A stretch of DNA of 64,000 bases, from positions 18,874,060 through 18,938,059 of the forward strand of contig NC_069000.1 of NCBI RefSeq assembly GCF_001194135.2, given 5' to 3'. This document shows, one piece after another, positions 48,616-61,760 of the stretch. The notes beneath the pieces were generated by a model that saw nothing but the letters and a program-made list of their open reading frames with translations, was not told the origin of the DNA and searched no databases. How positions within the stretch are numbered: position 1 is the first letter of the stretch; each line of letters starts with the position of its first letter. Source of the DNA: Octopus bimaculoides. Lineage: Eukaryota. The translations under genes and the position numbers were made by a program.

Positions 48616-51266
48616 CAGTGGTTTCCAACTTGGTGCTTGCAAGCTAAGCTCTAAATTTTAAATGACTTCAGTGAAAAATGTACAATTACAATAAGGTTGA
48701 TAACAAAAAAAACAAAAAAAAATATTGGGAATCTTATATACATCAGGTGCAAGATCAACTTTGACATGGTTATATCATATGACAGAAACATTCTGAATAT
48801 ACAATGACAGCCTGTTTGTTTGATTTCAGAACTTTAATATTCGACTGCATTAACAAAGATAGTAAAGGTATAACAAAGTTCAAAACTGTTGCTATTGTAT
48901 AGTGTGGATATGATATATGACATTTCATCATGCTCAAGTGGAAATTGGTAATTAATGTTATTAATGAAAAAAGACCTGTATGAACACAATACACAATCTT
49001 TTGACTGGCATAAATTTAAAGGATTACATTTGAACATGATCTATTTGGATAAACTCTGTAAAATAGTAGGCAATTATTCATTTTTTAACAATATCAAACT
49101 ACACTGATGAAGAAAATTCTTTATATATATATATATAGTCCCCAGGTAATTGTAGATTGCTGGTTAAAAACTGGAAATGCACTAAAAAAGAAAGATGAAA
49201 AACACAGGTTAAGATGATCCATTTATCTTTTCCATCTACTATTCTTGGGTAAGTTGTGGAGGAGTAGAGTCTTCAGGCATCTCCTGTCAGAAGGAATCAT
49301 CATTAGATTTTCCAGCTGGATTCCCAAGCATGGTCAACTGAAACTATGGATATGATCTAGCCATCTTGTTCATGATCAGCTTGTAAGTCTTCTGCCAGAT
49401 GGCTTGACTTTAAAAATCCATTATGCAACTATTTCCAAAATGAAAAAAAAAATTGTAAATATTGTGATGAGCAGATACTCTTTATATAAGGCTACTACGA
49501 AGGCAAGAGAAGCTGCAGTGTATTCTATGTATGAAACATTGTCCAATGCAAGTTATGAAGGTGGTGAAACTTCACTGACATTTAGAAACAAAGTATGAAC
49601 AAAACATGAACAAACTTTCAAAGAAGATGGCAACAACTACTTTGATGACAAAAGTCAATAGTAAAAATAGCAACTGGCTTTGATAAAAAAAATTTTGCTT
49701 GTATCATATGCTGTTACCTTTTTAGTAGAAAAGAGTGAAAAATCACACACAACTTGGAAGAAACTAATTCTGCCTGATGCCAAAGCAAATGCCAGAGAGA
49801 AAGTAATAAAGAATCATGCTAATGATGATTCCTTTATGAAACAATACTCTGAAGTGGCAGAGGACATGTCTGATAATATTAAATATCAGTAAAAAGAGTG
49901 ATTAAAAGTGAAAATATGGATATTTGTAACTGCACCAATCTACTTGCATTTATACAATATGAATTTAATGGTACAATTAGTGAATATTTTCAGTTTTGCC
50001 TATCACTGCCAACACATACAACATATGAGTATATTTTTAATGATTTGAACAATTTATAATCGAAAATGAAATTGGGAGGTCAAAATGCAGGAGTGTGAGT
50101 ACTGATGGGGTTCTTGTAATGTTGGGAAAATACAGAGGAGTGAAAGCAAATATTCAAAATATAATGCCAAATGTCAAATAGATGCATTGCTGCATACATA
50201 GAGAAGCATTGGCAGCAAGAATCATGCCAGGAAAACTGAAGATGACACTGGAGGCAGCAGTGAAAGCACTTAATTCTATAAAAACTCATTTGTTAAATTC
50301 TCCTATTTTTATGTCTTTTTTATTTATTTTTGAGATGCTCTTGTATTTTCAAGTGCATTAGTGTCCTGCAGCACTCACCCACATATTTGAGTACATGATG
50401 AAATAAGTTAGCTTTTTCATGAAAAGTCATTCCATGAGAGTAAGTGGGTCAATAACTTTTTGTGGTTAGCTATGATGGCATATATGTCAAACACTTTTAT
50501 GTATTGAATGTGCTAAATTTGAGCCTTCCAAGACCCATAATCATGAATTTAAACTTGTCTAAATGTCTGAAGAGTGGCATGTTTGAATCCTTTCCAACAT
50601 CCTGGGACTTTCTTGTAATAGCTGATGATGACCTCCCTAAAGAAATAGGAAACCTTTTCATTCAGCATTTGCAAGGGTTAAAGAAGTTATAGAGATCATT
50701 TTTCTCTTCCAGACACCAACGATTAAATTATGGATCCATTTCAGACACATGTAAAAACTGTAAACTATTTCACTTTAAATGGAGAGCTTTTGTTGCACTT
50801 TCACGTGACACTTTATTTATGTCAAGTTTCATTCAGTATAATTTAGCAGATTTTTAGTTAGGTGTGAAAAACGAGTAGCCAGAATAGCCATCCAAAGCAC
50901 TGGAATATTTAATGTCATTCCCAACTACATACTTATGTAAGAAGGCTTTCTCCCAGCTGTTTTATATAAAATCCAAATACTGAAACAGGATGAATGTAGA
51001 ACTTGATCTCTCTGACTACCATTGCACCTGAAATTCATAATATTCTATTGACAAAGCAGCATCAACCCTCAAGTAAAAAATTTTTTTATAAATACTGTTA
51101 TAAATACTGTTATCTTTCAACTGAGAGATGAAGCAAATAAAATGCATTTGCTGTTAGTTAATAAAATCAGCTTGTTGAGCAAATAGACCTTTCAAAAGTT
51201 TGGGTATCCATAACAATTCATTTAAATATAAAGGATCCATGATAGTGAGAAGGCAGGGAACCACTG
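48616..51266 (+). mobile_element. Decayed hAT (Buster/Charlie-like) DNA transposon
   Basis: TIRs cagtggtttccaac / gggaaccactg; imperfect 8-bp TSD tactttct/tactatat; remnants LLVSYAVTFLVEKSEKSHTTWKKLILP and the dimerisation region FPTTYLCKKAFSQL..IKSKY*NRM. Confidence 0.8.
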
Positions 51267-52329
51267 TACTATATCAGTGTTTTTAAAAATGCATTGCTTT
51301 CCATTTTCCCCTTGAGGGATCCATTTAATTTATATTATTAGTTCTAAAGTGTGTAACCAGCAAGCAAAGAGCTAACTTAGAAAATACATCCTGAACTACA
51401 TTCCCAAGATATAACTGGAAGCTTTTCAAGCTCTTAATTTATGCACATGAAGTAAAATTTACATGATGAGTATTGTTTTAATATACCAGAAATAACAGAC
51501 AAATAATTAATGTACCAAAAATGAAATTAGAAAAAAATCTAAAAGTCAAAAAGATAAAAGCTTGCAAACTAAAGATTGGATATAGGTTTAAAACGCAAGT
51601 ACCAAATGAGAATCCAGATAACCAACTGTCACTCCTTTCTCACATTCATATGAAATTACCCACCCTTACCTTCCTCACCGGATCCCCTGTCCGTAATCTT
51701 CCTTATATTCACCTCTTATAACTTGAGATTCTGCTCTCCATGACCACAATCTTTATCTTCCTTCTAGAAACTGTCACCCACACCCATATAATGCAATGTA
51801 GTCACATATTTCCTCTATAGCAAGACACCCAGACTTGTCACTCTATCATACTTCCAAACATAAAACCTCCCCTTTTTTTCAAATACTCTCCCACTCAGCC
51901 AAAGTTCTTTTCCTTTCTTTTCTTTGCCTTGTAAGTTTCTTGGTGACCTCAGAAGTGCAAATAACATGGAGAAGTATCCAGTATACACTATCAAGTTATT
52001 GGCATTAGGAAAGGCATCCTGCCACAGAGACCAAACCAATGCTGACATCAAAGCCCAAAGTAATCCTGTAACTTGTTAGATCCTGTTAAACCATCCATCC
52101 CATGTCAGCATGAAAATGTTAATGAGGAAGGTGATGATAAGCACTTTTCACATAATAAATATAATTTCTCCAAAGAATCAGAAACATTTTTATTAATTTT
52201 TCATACAAATATCAGAAGACATTAACCGTCAGACAATAAAACGAATTCAATAACAGTTTTCATCCACAAAAACTGACAAATTCTCTTTCAATCAATCTCC
52301 ATGTCTCTCGTATTAACAACCATCTGCTC

Positions 52330-52513
52330 TTAGCCCTAAAGCATTCAAACCAGTTAGATTTGGCCTCTCACACCTATCCTATAATGTCATTCTAAAAATA
52401 AACAATCACATCATCATAATCTTGAAGCCACAAGATTATGCAAGATTAATTCAAAACAATGTAAATAAGTATAATATCTGACAAATTGAATAATCAGAAT
52501 GAAAAGGGTTTAA
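52330..52513. mobile_element. MITE with piggyBac-like ends
   Basis: ttag|ccctaaagcattc ... gaatgaaaaggg|tttaa, i.e. decayed TTAA|CCCT ends; resembles a common octopus MITE from recall. Confidence 0.5.
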
Positions 52514-53384
52514 GCTATTTATTCTATATATGTATTGGTAATATAACTATAATGGCCTACTTGTTCCATCACATACAAAAGTGTGCCTCTCTTTGATGAA
52601 TTTCTTCATACCAATTGAATTCTGACAAATCTTTGCAAGACTTTGATCAAGCCATTTCTATTTATGTTACAATGATTCTTACATCATGATAATTAGGTGT
52701 ATGATCTAATTACAATGTACAGCATTTCTAATGGTAATATATCAAATCCCAGAGTAAGAGAAGCACTCTCGTTCTCTCTCTCTTTCTCTCACACACACAC
52801 GCAAGTGGAAGCTACAAGATGACAGAGTTGAACTTCAAATGACCAAAGCATCAGAATACTGAAAGCGTCAAAGACCTCAGACTCAGAAATATGTTGTGCT
52901 TGAAAGATTAAAAACTCAGAATATTGAACTTTGAAGTATTTATGGAAAAAATAATCAGAGGAAAAAAAAGGTAAAGGTAAATAACTTTTAAAATTTAAAG
53001 TGTTAAAAAGGAATTAATTTGAGCATGTAGAATTTGTACAAAGCTGAATGATTTGGCAGGGGGAGAATTCTAGTATTTAATTCCCTGTTTTCATATCATC
53101 TATGAGCATTGAAATACAGGCATTTAGAGAATGGTGGTGTTCTATGAATTTGGTTAATAAAAGGAAACAAAGAACATATTGAAATTTATATACTGGCACA
53201 GACAAAGAGAGGTAAGGTCAAGAACATAATTTTGGTCAATCAAAATTTGGTCTCTTGAACATTTGGTATGTTTACATTTGTAGTGAAATAATATTTAATG
53301 ATAAGAAAAGAAATGTATGTTATACACACATTTATGTAAATAATAATATACATATAATACAAATACACACACACGCAGGCATGC

Positions 53385-53990
53385 ATGTCTCTAAGTGCAC
53401 ACCTGCACTTAAAGATTCTGAAAGGATAGAGGCATGGAAGTGCTACCATGAAAGGCTACTAAACATAGACAGAGCCTTCTGAACCCAACAGAAGGGCTAG
53501 TCATTCTAGATGACAACAATATGATAAATATAGCAATTAAGGATATGAAGACAGTGGAAGCCTCTGGTTCATCAAGAATTACCTCTGAGATGATTAAAAT
53601 ATATCTGACAGTGTGGGCTTTGACCTAGTCACTTGTATAGTTAGTCAGGTTTCACAAGAAGATATACTTAGTAACTTACATAGCAATGTTACAGTCAACT
53701 GATTTAAGATTAAAGGATATGTTTTAGAGAGAAGTAATTACAGGGCTGTCAAACTGTTGGACCAGGTCATGAAGATTATGGAAAGAGTTATAGCTCAGCT
53801 AATTATGAAGAGAATGAGACTAGATAAGATGGAGCTTTTGTGCCAGGAAGAAGTACTACTTATGCTCTCTTCATAGTAAAGTAATTGCAGAAGTATTTAG
53901 CCAAAAGTAAATTGCTGCACTTGGCTTTCATTGACTCGGGCCTTCGACAGTGTCCCTTGCTTCCTGAGACTGTGGTTGCCATAGAAGCTA
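53385..53990 (+). mobile_element. RTE LINE RT fragment
   Basis: AWKCYHERLLN, NYRAVKLLDQVMKIMERV, FVPGRST and LAFID motifs. Confidence 0.8.
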
Positions 53991-55801
53991 GGAGTGGATG
54001 AAAGGAAAGTGAGAGTCAGTCGATGTCAATTAGTGAGAGCAATGAATTTAAATATATACATATATATCATCATCATCATCATCTTCATTATTTAATGTCC
54101 ATGTCCCATGCTGGCATGGATTGGATGGTTCAATGCTTGTGTTGGTATGGTTTTTAAAGATGGATGCCCCATTCCGAATACCAACCACTTTATGATATAT
54201 AGCTGGTGCTTTTTGACTGGCATTAGCATAGTGAGGTCACCACACATCTTGCAAGATTCAGATCCCCCTTGACTGAGTGGGGCTACAGTAAAGACAGTGG
54301 CTTTATGCCAGGAAATGAGAGGTTAAAGCATGAGAGAAGGGGCTAGAACAGAGCATATTTCCTGCAGTAGAGAAGCTGCATAGTTATTCACATTACAGAG
54401 AATGTAGGAGCGGTAGAGGAAAGAGATAAAATAGTAGTGATGAAGTGTCAAAGTGAACACACACAAGGTATAAAGTGAACAGAAGTGAGTGAGGAAAGGA
54501 GATATAAGGAGTCTGGACAGTGAGAGGTTGTAAGAATGTATGGGAAAGTGAATGGGTGAGGGAGTAATTATTATGATAAACAGATGTTGAGGGATGGTAT
54601 GTAGGAAATGCAGGGAAGAGATGGTGACAACCATAGAAATTAGACAGGGCTGATATGTGGGTGTAGTGATTGGTAGATAAGGAGTGGGTTGAACAATGAG
54701 ACATGTGGGTTGTAGGAGAGCAGGATATAACTGATAGTGCAGAAAAAGTGGGGGTGAAGAACATCAGTATAACAATGATGATGATACAGCAGACATAGGA
54801 AGGGTGAGAGAAGGATTGAGAGCCAGGAGGGACAGAAAATGAAGGAAGGATAACAAGTGAAGTGGGTCAGGTAGTTACAGCAGCAGAATACTGCAGTTAG
54901 AAAGATGATGGGAAGGTGAAAATATCTTGAGAAAGAAATAGAGCAAGTGGTAGAGTTGTGCATATATATATACACATAATGCTTCCAGAATCTCAGTTTC
55001 ACCTAAATGGGTGGCTCTTCATGAGAACCACATATCACCAGTTGTCCTGGTCCATTGTCATCTCCTTTGTGAGGTTCAAGGTCACCACTTTGTCCCAAGT
55101 TTTCCCTTTTCTGCGAGTTTCATACACATTCAATGATGAGCACCTTTTTATACAGTTGTTCTCATCCATATGCACCACATGTCCTTACCAGCACAGTCTT
55201 ATTATATGCATCTGATTCCTTCTATGTACAGTTTTTGTCTTGGCAAATTTGTACTTTGTTGTGCCTGCACAACTTATATTGTACATCCAAAGGAGCATGC
55301 TAGCTTCATTTCTTTCTAGCCCCTGTGCATTCAAGGCCCATGTCTTACTACCATGCAGAATTGCAGTTCTAACACAATCTGCCATTCACATTGAAGGAAA
55401 AGATCTTTCTTGGAATCAATGGCAGTGGCTCCCTGAACTTTTTCCACCCATTACAAACCTGAGCTACTCTATTTTCAAAGCAACCACCTCCCCTGCTAAT
55501 TTAAATCTCCTAGATAACAAAAGCTATCAAATACTTCTAATGAGCCATCTTGATACTTAAAAGAATCTATTTCCAGTGTGTTTGTAGTATGCACTGTGCC
55601 AGTGCATCTGTCCCACATAAAGCTTACTCTGTCTGTTGGTTTGCCTGTGATTCTACTACATATCTTGTCTGCCCATGGGTTATATTAGGTACAGCATATG
55701 GAGTTTATACCTACGCCTTTTCTGCATATAGAACAAAGATATTTCCCTGGAGGTATCAGGGTCCTGTCCTCTTTCATACTTAGTAAAATTTTCATCTTTA
55801 A

Positions 55802-56212
55802 AAAGTTAAAGAAGTGATTTTTTAAATTCTCAATCGCAGAATAATGCTAATAATATAGCCTGAACAGGATAAACTATCCCTATTTTGCAGAGAAAAGTGT
55901 AGGTGACTAGCTGTGGACTCGAACTCACATCCCCGTCATTACATGTGACGAGGCTTTTGCCGATTAAGCTAAACTACCCACTACAAATTCCTCTGCAAAT
56001 TAAGATATATAAATCTCGCTTTATGAGACGCTCTCATATGTTAAATTCAAATTACGACAAACGTAAATAAACAAGCGAAGCTTGGCTATATTATTAGCAT
56101 TATTCTGCGATTGAGAATTTAAAAAATCACTTCTTTAACTTTCTAAAAAAGACATCTCAACGCTTCTAAAAGCAAGCTTCGCTTGTTTATTTACGTTTGT
56201 TGTAATTTGAAT
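55802..56212. mobile_element. 411-bp insertion with 13-bp TSD and interlocked inverted repeats
   Basis: TSD ttttcatctttaa at 55789-55801 and 56213-56225; perfect 59-bp IR 55802-55860/56084-56142; 41-bp IR (1 mismatch) 56043-56083/56174-56214. Confidence 0.85.
55902..55979 (-). ncRNA. tRNA-like cloverleaf (UGU/Thr-like loop), probably not a functional tRNA
   Basis: A-box TAGCTTAATCGG, D stem GCTT/AAGC, stem CGTCA/TGACG with loop CATGTAA, B-box GTTCGAGTC, acceptor GGGTAGT/GCTAGTC; extra nucleotides, a bulge and A33 depart from the tRNA consensus. Confidence 0.65.
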
Positions 56213-56744
56213 TTTTCATCTTTAAGTTTACTTAAGACCTCTTGATTCTAGATTTAGCTTTCATGCCTGGAATTTTCTCTCTAACACCCCTATAAATTCA
56301 GCTGGACAGCCAGTCATAAACTCCTCTGTGATGGCCTGTAAGACTATGAGGAATAGGAACACACTAATGACTGACTTTCTTTTAGAAATCCTCACCTATT
56401 TCCACTCAAAACTTAGGTTAGTCTGGGACTAAGGTGCTGTGCAGGGGAACTTAAAGCAAAACCATGTGGTTGGGTATCAGACTACTTATCCACAGACAAG
56501 CCTGGGGGCTGTACCAAAATTCTGTCTGCTTTGGCATGGTTTCTACAGCTGAATGCCCTTCCTAACACTAACCACTTCAGAGAATGCAGTGGGTGCTTTT
56601 TATGTGGCACTAACACTGGTGAGGTTACAAGTACCAATAAGACAAGACCCTCTCAAATGGCAAATAAGTGAGGTATAGAATTCAGGGATAAAAAAACAAA
56701 ACAAGGATAGAGGGACAGGAGCAGGTATTTTACAGAAGAGGTGA

Positions 56745-57075
56745 ATACAGTTTTCACTTCCTTGTCACTAGAATAATGTTTGCCTCTCAAACCTTTTGTG
56801 GTGCCAAAGAGATGATAGTCCGAAGGTGCTAAATCTGGAGAGTGTGGAGGTAATGAAGAAGTAGCTCAAAGAACAGTCAGCAGAATTTTACGGGGAAGGG
56901 ATACATGCTCTCATTCGAAGGTGGAACATTGCTATTGAGAGAAACAGTGACTATGCTGAGAAGTAGGGATGTGATCCACAGAGGACCAGCTTCATTTTGA
57001 TGTATGATACAGATTCCTGTGTTGGTAATTATACCTGTCCTAAACAAAATGGCATTACTTTTTGACTCACCCTCG
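56745..57075 (+). mobile_element. Mariner 3' fragment with TIR
   Basis: FYGEGIHALIRRWNIAIERNSDYAEK*, then ttactttttgactcaccctcg|TA. Confidence 0.75.
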
Positions 57076-57189
57076 TATAACACCCATGTCCAGAGGAGGT
57101 GGGAAGGGTAGTATAATTGATGGTGGAATAATGTGAGGGTAACTGCTATTACATATCTGTTGGCTAATGCTCATCACGGCCTTCCAGAT

Positions 57190-58530
57190 GCTGAAAGCTG
57201 CAGTTCCCTCTTTCCATTCCCCCAGAGTCAGTAGTCAATGTAGGGACATTGGAAGATAAGTCTGGTGAGATTGTTGAGATGCTTGAAAGGAGATGTGTTG
57301 ATGTTTGCTGTATCCAAGAAGTTTGGTGGAGGGAGTTTCAACCAGGTTCCTCACAGGCTAATGGAATAGGTATAGACTCTTCTGGAAGGGCAACTGTAAC
57401 GGGGTAGGAGGCATTGGCATACTTCTAGCAGAGAATTGGGGAGGTAAGGTGATTGAGGTAGTCAAAGTATGTGATATTGTACTTAAGCTGAGACTAGTTT
57501 TGCAGAATAGCACAGCAACAATCATTTCTGCCTATGCCCCACAACCAGGCCTGCCAAATTAACAAAAGGACTGTTTTTATGACACTTTTAGCAAGCTACA
57601 TTGAAGACAAGTGACAGTGACTGGAAGGACTGGAAGGGTGGTGGTAGCAAGGAGCTATATCAGACAGCTAGAAGGGAAACTAGGAAGCAGGTATATTTAG
57701 CCGAGGTTGAAGTAGAAAGGAAGAAGTTTGCCAATGTTTTGCAGCAGTGGCTGAAAGTGTTTCGGTTTGTAAGACAATGTGCCAGGGAAAATTATGATGC
57801 TGTGGGAGGGAAGTGTGTTTGCATGATGGTTCACTTGCAGTTAGTGACTCTGAAAAGAAAAGCTTGCAAGTGCCACTGTGAAAAGGCTACTAAATGTAGA
57901 GAACTCTTGAGAGAAAGAGAATCTGCCTTGTGGTGATCCAAAAGGGACCAGCAATCCAAAGAGACAGTAGTGATATAGACAAAGCTATGAAGATGGGGAA
58001 AGCCCTTGGCTCACCAGGAATAACCACTGAGATGCTTAAAATATCTGGCAATGTGGGTTATGGTCTAGTCACCCATATAGTTAATCGGTTAGTACATGGA
58101 GTCATACCCATAAGAAGTGCAGCAACATCATAGGTAGGTTAACTGGGAAAATAGTTTTGTGTGGAAGGTGCACAGGTACAATAAAAACTAAAAATGTAAA
58201 GAAAACAGACTCCATCAAATGCTAGTGGAGTAAGCTAGAGGGAGTTGATAGCTTCTGTTATCTAGGTGCCCAAGTCAGTAGTGGAAGTGGATGCTCTGAG
58301 AACGTAGCTGCAAGGATAGGGATAGGCTGGGCAAAGTTCAGAGAGCTTCTGTCCCTGTTGGCAATAAAGGGCCTCTTCCTCAGAGTGAAAGGCAGACTGT
58401 ATGATGCCCGTGTACAAACAGCCATGCATAGGCTAGAAAGAAATGAAGCTAGTATATCTCACTGGATGTGCAATGTCAGTGTGTATGTACAACAGAGTGT
58501 GAACGTCTTGAGAGAAAAGTTGGGCATAAG
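57190..58530 (+). mobile_element. RTE LINE with multiple internal deletions
   Basis: Endonuclease motif VGTLEDKSGEIVEMLERRCVDVCCIQEV, ISAYAPQPGL, then RT C-terminal remnants. Confidence 0.8.
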
Positions 58531-58599
58531 ATAATGTGGTGTTCTTGTGTATTTTAAATGGTGAATGAAATGTCTGACAAAACAGCAACAACAATAAAA

Positions 58600-59300
58600 T
58601 TAACAAGAACATTATGAGGGAAGGTAAACCTACAGTTGAAGACTTCTGGAAGAAGTTCATTGTAATGTATGTTCTGGATAAGAGAGCCGAGTCATTGGAT
58701 GAAGTAAAACCTTCAATTTTTAATAGTGCTTGGGAAAATGGCTGGCTTGACTTATCTGAAACTAAGAATTTTCCACAAGCAGAAAGTCTACATCAAATTC
58801 TGAAAGATACAGTGACACTTGCAAATCATGTAAGTCTTTGAAGAGAAGGAGGTTTGTCTGAAGCTGTTAGAAGAGCAAACTAAGAATACAGATGAGAATA
58901 TGGAAATTCTATTAACTGTACTTAAATAGACTGCAAAAAATACTGATCAAGGGTTGACATTTAAGGATGAAGGTCTAAAAGTTTTTGCTGATAAAAACCC
59001 TGACCATGAACGCAACACAAAAATTACAGGAGAATTTACAAAGAGTTCAGTTCCTACACTGAACTGTACAAAGAAATAATGCACTGTATAAACATCAAAC
59101 AATTTTGGAAAAGTTTTTTGCCTTTCAAGTAGTTGATAATGGTGAATTATAAAATAGAAGACAGTAATCCTCATCCTTCCTATAACCCTTCAGATAGTTG
59201 TCAACATCTTTTGTCATGAGAATGTCCCGTTACTTTATTATGGTTCTTATTTATTTCCTAATGTATTTCTTTTCAAATGTTCTTTTTTTTGTACACTTTG
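58600..59300 (+). mobile_element. Tigger/pogo-like transposase 3' fragment
   Basis: TVEDFWKKF..AESLDEVKPSIFNSAWENGW resembles the Tigger DDE C-terminal region. Confidence 0.6.
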
Positions 59301-60912
59301 TGGGGTTTTTTTCTACCAAAAAGTATCTGTTGGAATTCATTACTTTATAACATGAGGATATGGATACAGACACACACACACACACATGTATTTATATACA
59401 AATTTGTGTGTGTGTACACATATACATATATATTAAGATTCATAGATATATAATTTTGTGTGCATATCAATTTAAATAAGAGCTAAAAGACGATCCATTG
59501 TAAAAACTTTAAAGATATGCACACAAAATTGTACGATTAACAACCTTACAAATGAGAATTTTGCTACGTTGATAACAGGTATAATATTTTCACCAAATTT
59601 TGGTATAAATCTATAAATACAAGTATATATATATATATAGATAGATATATTAAGAAACATATATATTAACACAAACTTATTCATGTATACACATTTAAAC
59701 GATGATGTAGTATTTCTTGTGTGTACAGTTAGATGTACAACTGCAAATGGTTAGTTTAGAGTTTCATGTACAGTCTACTACCTTCAGTAAAGTGATGTGG
59801 TTACCACTGTGCTACTTAATAATATTACCAGTTAAGATATACAGAGCAAACATTGTGAAAGTGTGATAGACACAAGATGCAGTTTATATAATTTGTTCCC
59901 GATGTATGTTTCACCATTGCTACTATTTGCATCAATTGCAGCAGATGTTCTGAGTACAATTGGATTGTGAACCACAACAGTCCATTAGATGAACACTTTA
60001 CTGAATTATGTTACGCAGATTAAATACTTGAAGTTGGACAGAGGACAAGAATTTTTATAAGTATGTTGAAAAGGAATTAAATAAAGAGCAAGAAAGAGAG
60101 GGAGAGAGAGAAGGAGGAAGAAAAAGGAATAAGGGGAAACAGAGAGAGTGCAAATTGGGTGTGTTTTTGACGGATCAACTTTAGATGGATGCCAATCCTG
60201 TAATTGCTTTAGAAATTAAGTTTAGAAAACACATCCGTTAACACAAACATACAAAGACAAAAATATAAAAGGATCGTGATCTTACATTCGGTTAGGAATG
60301 TACTCAGAGATAAACAAATAGATAAATAAATAAATATACACATAGAGCATGACATGCCTACCCAAAGATCAAGGTGTATATTATGTGGGTCTAAATACAA
60401 AGATATATTCACATACACATACATATATACAAATGTACACACACACATACACAAATATATATATATTAAATATATACATACACAACTATATCTACATACA
60501 TATACCTAGAACCATGTACACACACACTGTATGCACACATATGTATGTATAATTTTTCTTAGTTTTATTTAAGTTCTTCTCAAGAGTTCCTGGCATTTGT
60601 AAATATGTGGTTGAGTTGGCGCGTTGGATGAGCTGTCAGTGCGCACACCCATGTCTTACAAATTTTCACTGTGCCATTAATAGATTGGATTTGGAGAATA
60701 TGCATCTATTTCTTTTTCTTTTCCTTAAAAAAAAACTAGGTTTTTGTGTAAATTTGTAGGTACATAGCCCAATGCACATATGATGATAGGTACAAATGGG
60801 AATTTATAGTCAGGGTACAAGAGCTATAAGTTCTGTTATGCATCTACAGCTGTATGTTTATGTATGCATTCGTCCCATTTCCCTTTTTGTTTATTATCCA
60901 ACATACATGTAT

Positions 60913-61061
60913 TTATATATTTCAGGGTCAAAGGCCCATTTTCAGAAGGATGTAGTAAAGGAAATAGGTCTACATAAATCCTACCATTTCTGTGTCTATG
61001 TTGACACATATTTCTTTCACTATATCCTTCTGAAGGTGGGCCTCTGTCCTGAAATATATAA
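60913..61061. repeat. ~150-bp foldback inverted repeat (MITE-like hairpin)
   Basis: Arms tatatatttcagggtcaaaggcccattttcagaaggatgtagtaaaggaaata / tatttctttcactatatccttctgaaggtgggcctctgtcctgaaatatata with a ~20-nt loop. Confidence 0.8.
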
Positions 61062-61149
61062 AAGTTTTTCAACTTCCCTCTCTGCATTGTCAAAAGCTTC
61101 TCTAATTTCCTTTTTGTTTATTATTCTATTTATGTACTGCGGTGCTTTA

Positions 61150-61760
61150 AATAAACTGTAACATTCTCATACACACACACGTGTCCTTGATATGTAGGAA
61201 AGGTATAGGCTGGAGTGCCATATGGTGTACCCAGTGCCAGCTATGGACGCATAACAGTTGCAGTGGAATCATAAGAAGGTTTAACAGAGAAAGTAGTCTT
61301 TGTATGTGGATTACAGGAGCAATAAGCGCTAGGGACACACAGGAAATACTAACCTATGTGTTGTAGATAGTTTCTGTTACCAAGATGACTTAATTAGTAG
61401 TGGAGGAGGATGTAATGAAAGCATACTTGATAAAATAAGAATAAGATTGAGAAAGTTCAGAGCAATTACTTCTGTAAGCAACAAAAAATTTCTCAGTGAA
61501 AGACAGATTGTATGACACTTATGTAAGAACAGCAATGCTACTTGATAGTGAGATGTGGTCCCTGAATGCAGAAGACTAAAGAGGAATGAAGCATGTATGA
61601 TCCAAAAGATGTGTATCATCAGCATGTACGTATGACATAGTGCAAAGATATTGAGACAAAAATTAGGCATTAGAGGAATCTAATGTAGTGTACAAGAGAG
61701 AAGACTGCGATGGTAAGGTACATTCCACTTGCTGCAATCATTTGAGAACAGAATCAGCAC
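61150..61760 (+). mobile_element. RTE LINE 3' fragment
   Basis: ICRKGIGWSAIWCTQCQLWTHNSCSGI, then ...VQERRLRW remnants. Confidence 0.75.

Larger units (their letters stand above)
54065..56400 (-). mobile_element. RTE LINE 3' half (RT to tail), interrupted by the 411-bp insert
   Basis: VLQAITEEF..GCP and ESRGL.VNL before the insert; KMKILL...CSICRKGVG.NS, LHGSKTWAL and the 3' tail after it. Confidence 0.8.

Noticed and set aside
54323-55002. ORFs of 103-123 aa on the minus strand
   Set aside because: CT-rich low-complexity region within a LINE remnant.
55902-55979. Functional tRNA-Thr gene
   Set aside because: A at position 33, extra nucleotides, bulged T stem, and location inside a TSD-flanked insert.
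55802-56212. DIRS-type ITR/ICR structure
   Set aside because: The internal block joins the inner ends of A and B rather than copying the circle junction, and a TSD is present.
60796-61161. 121-aa ORF or exon with acceptors on both strands
   Set aside because: The symmetric splice-like signals are explained by the foldback inverted repeat.
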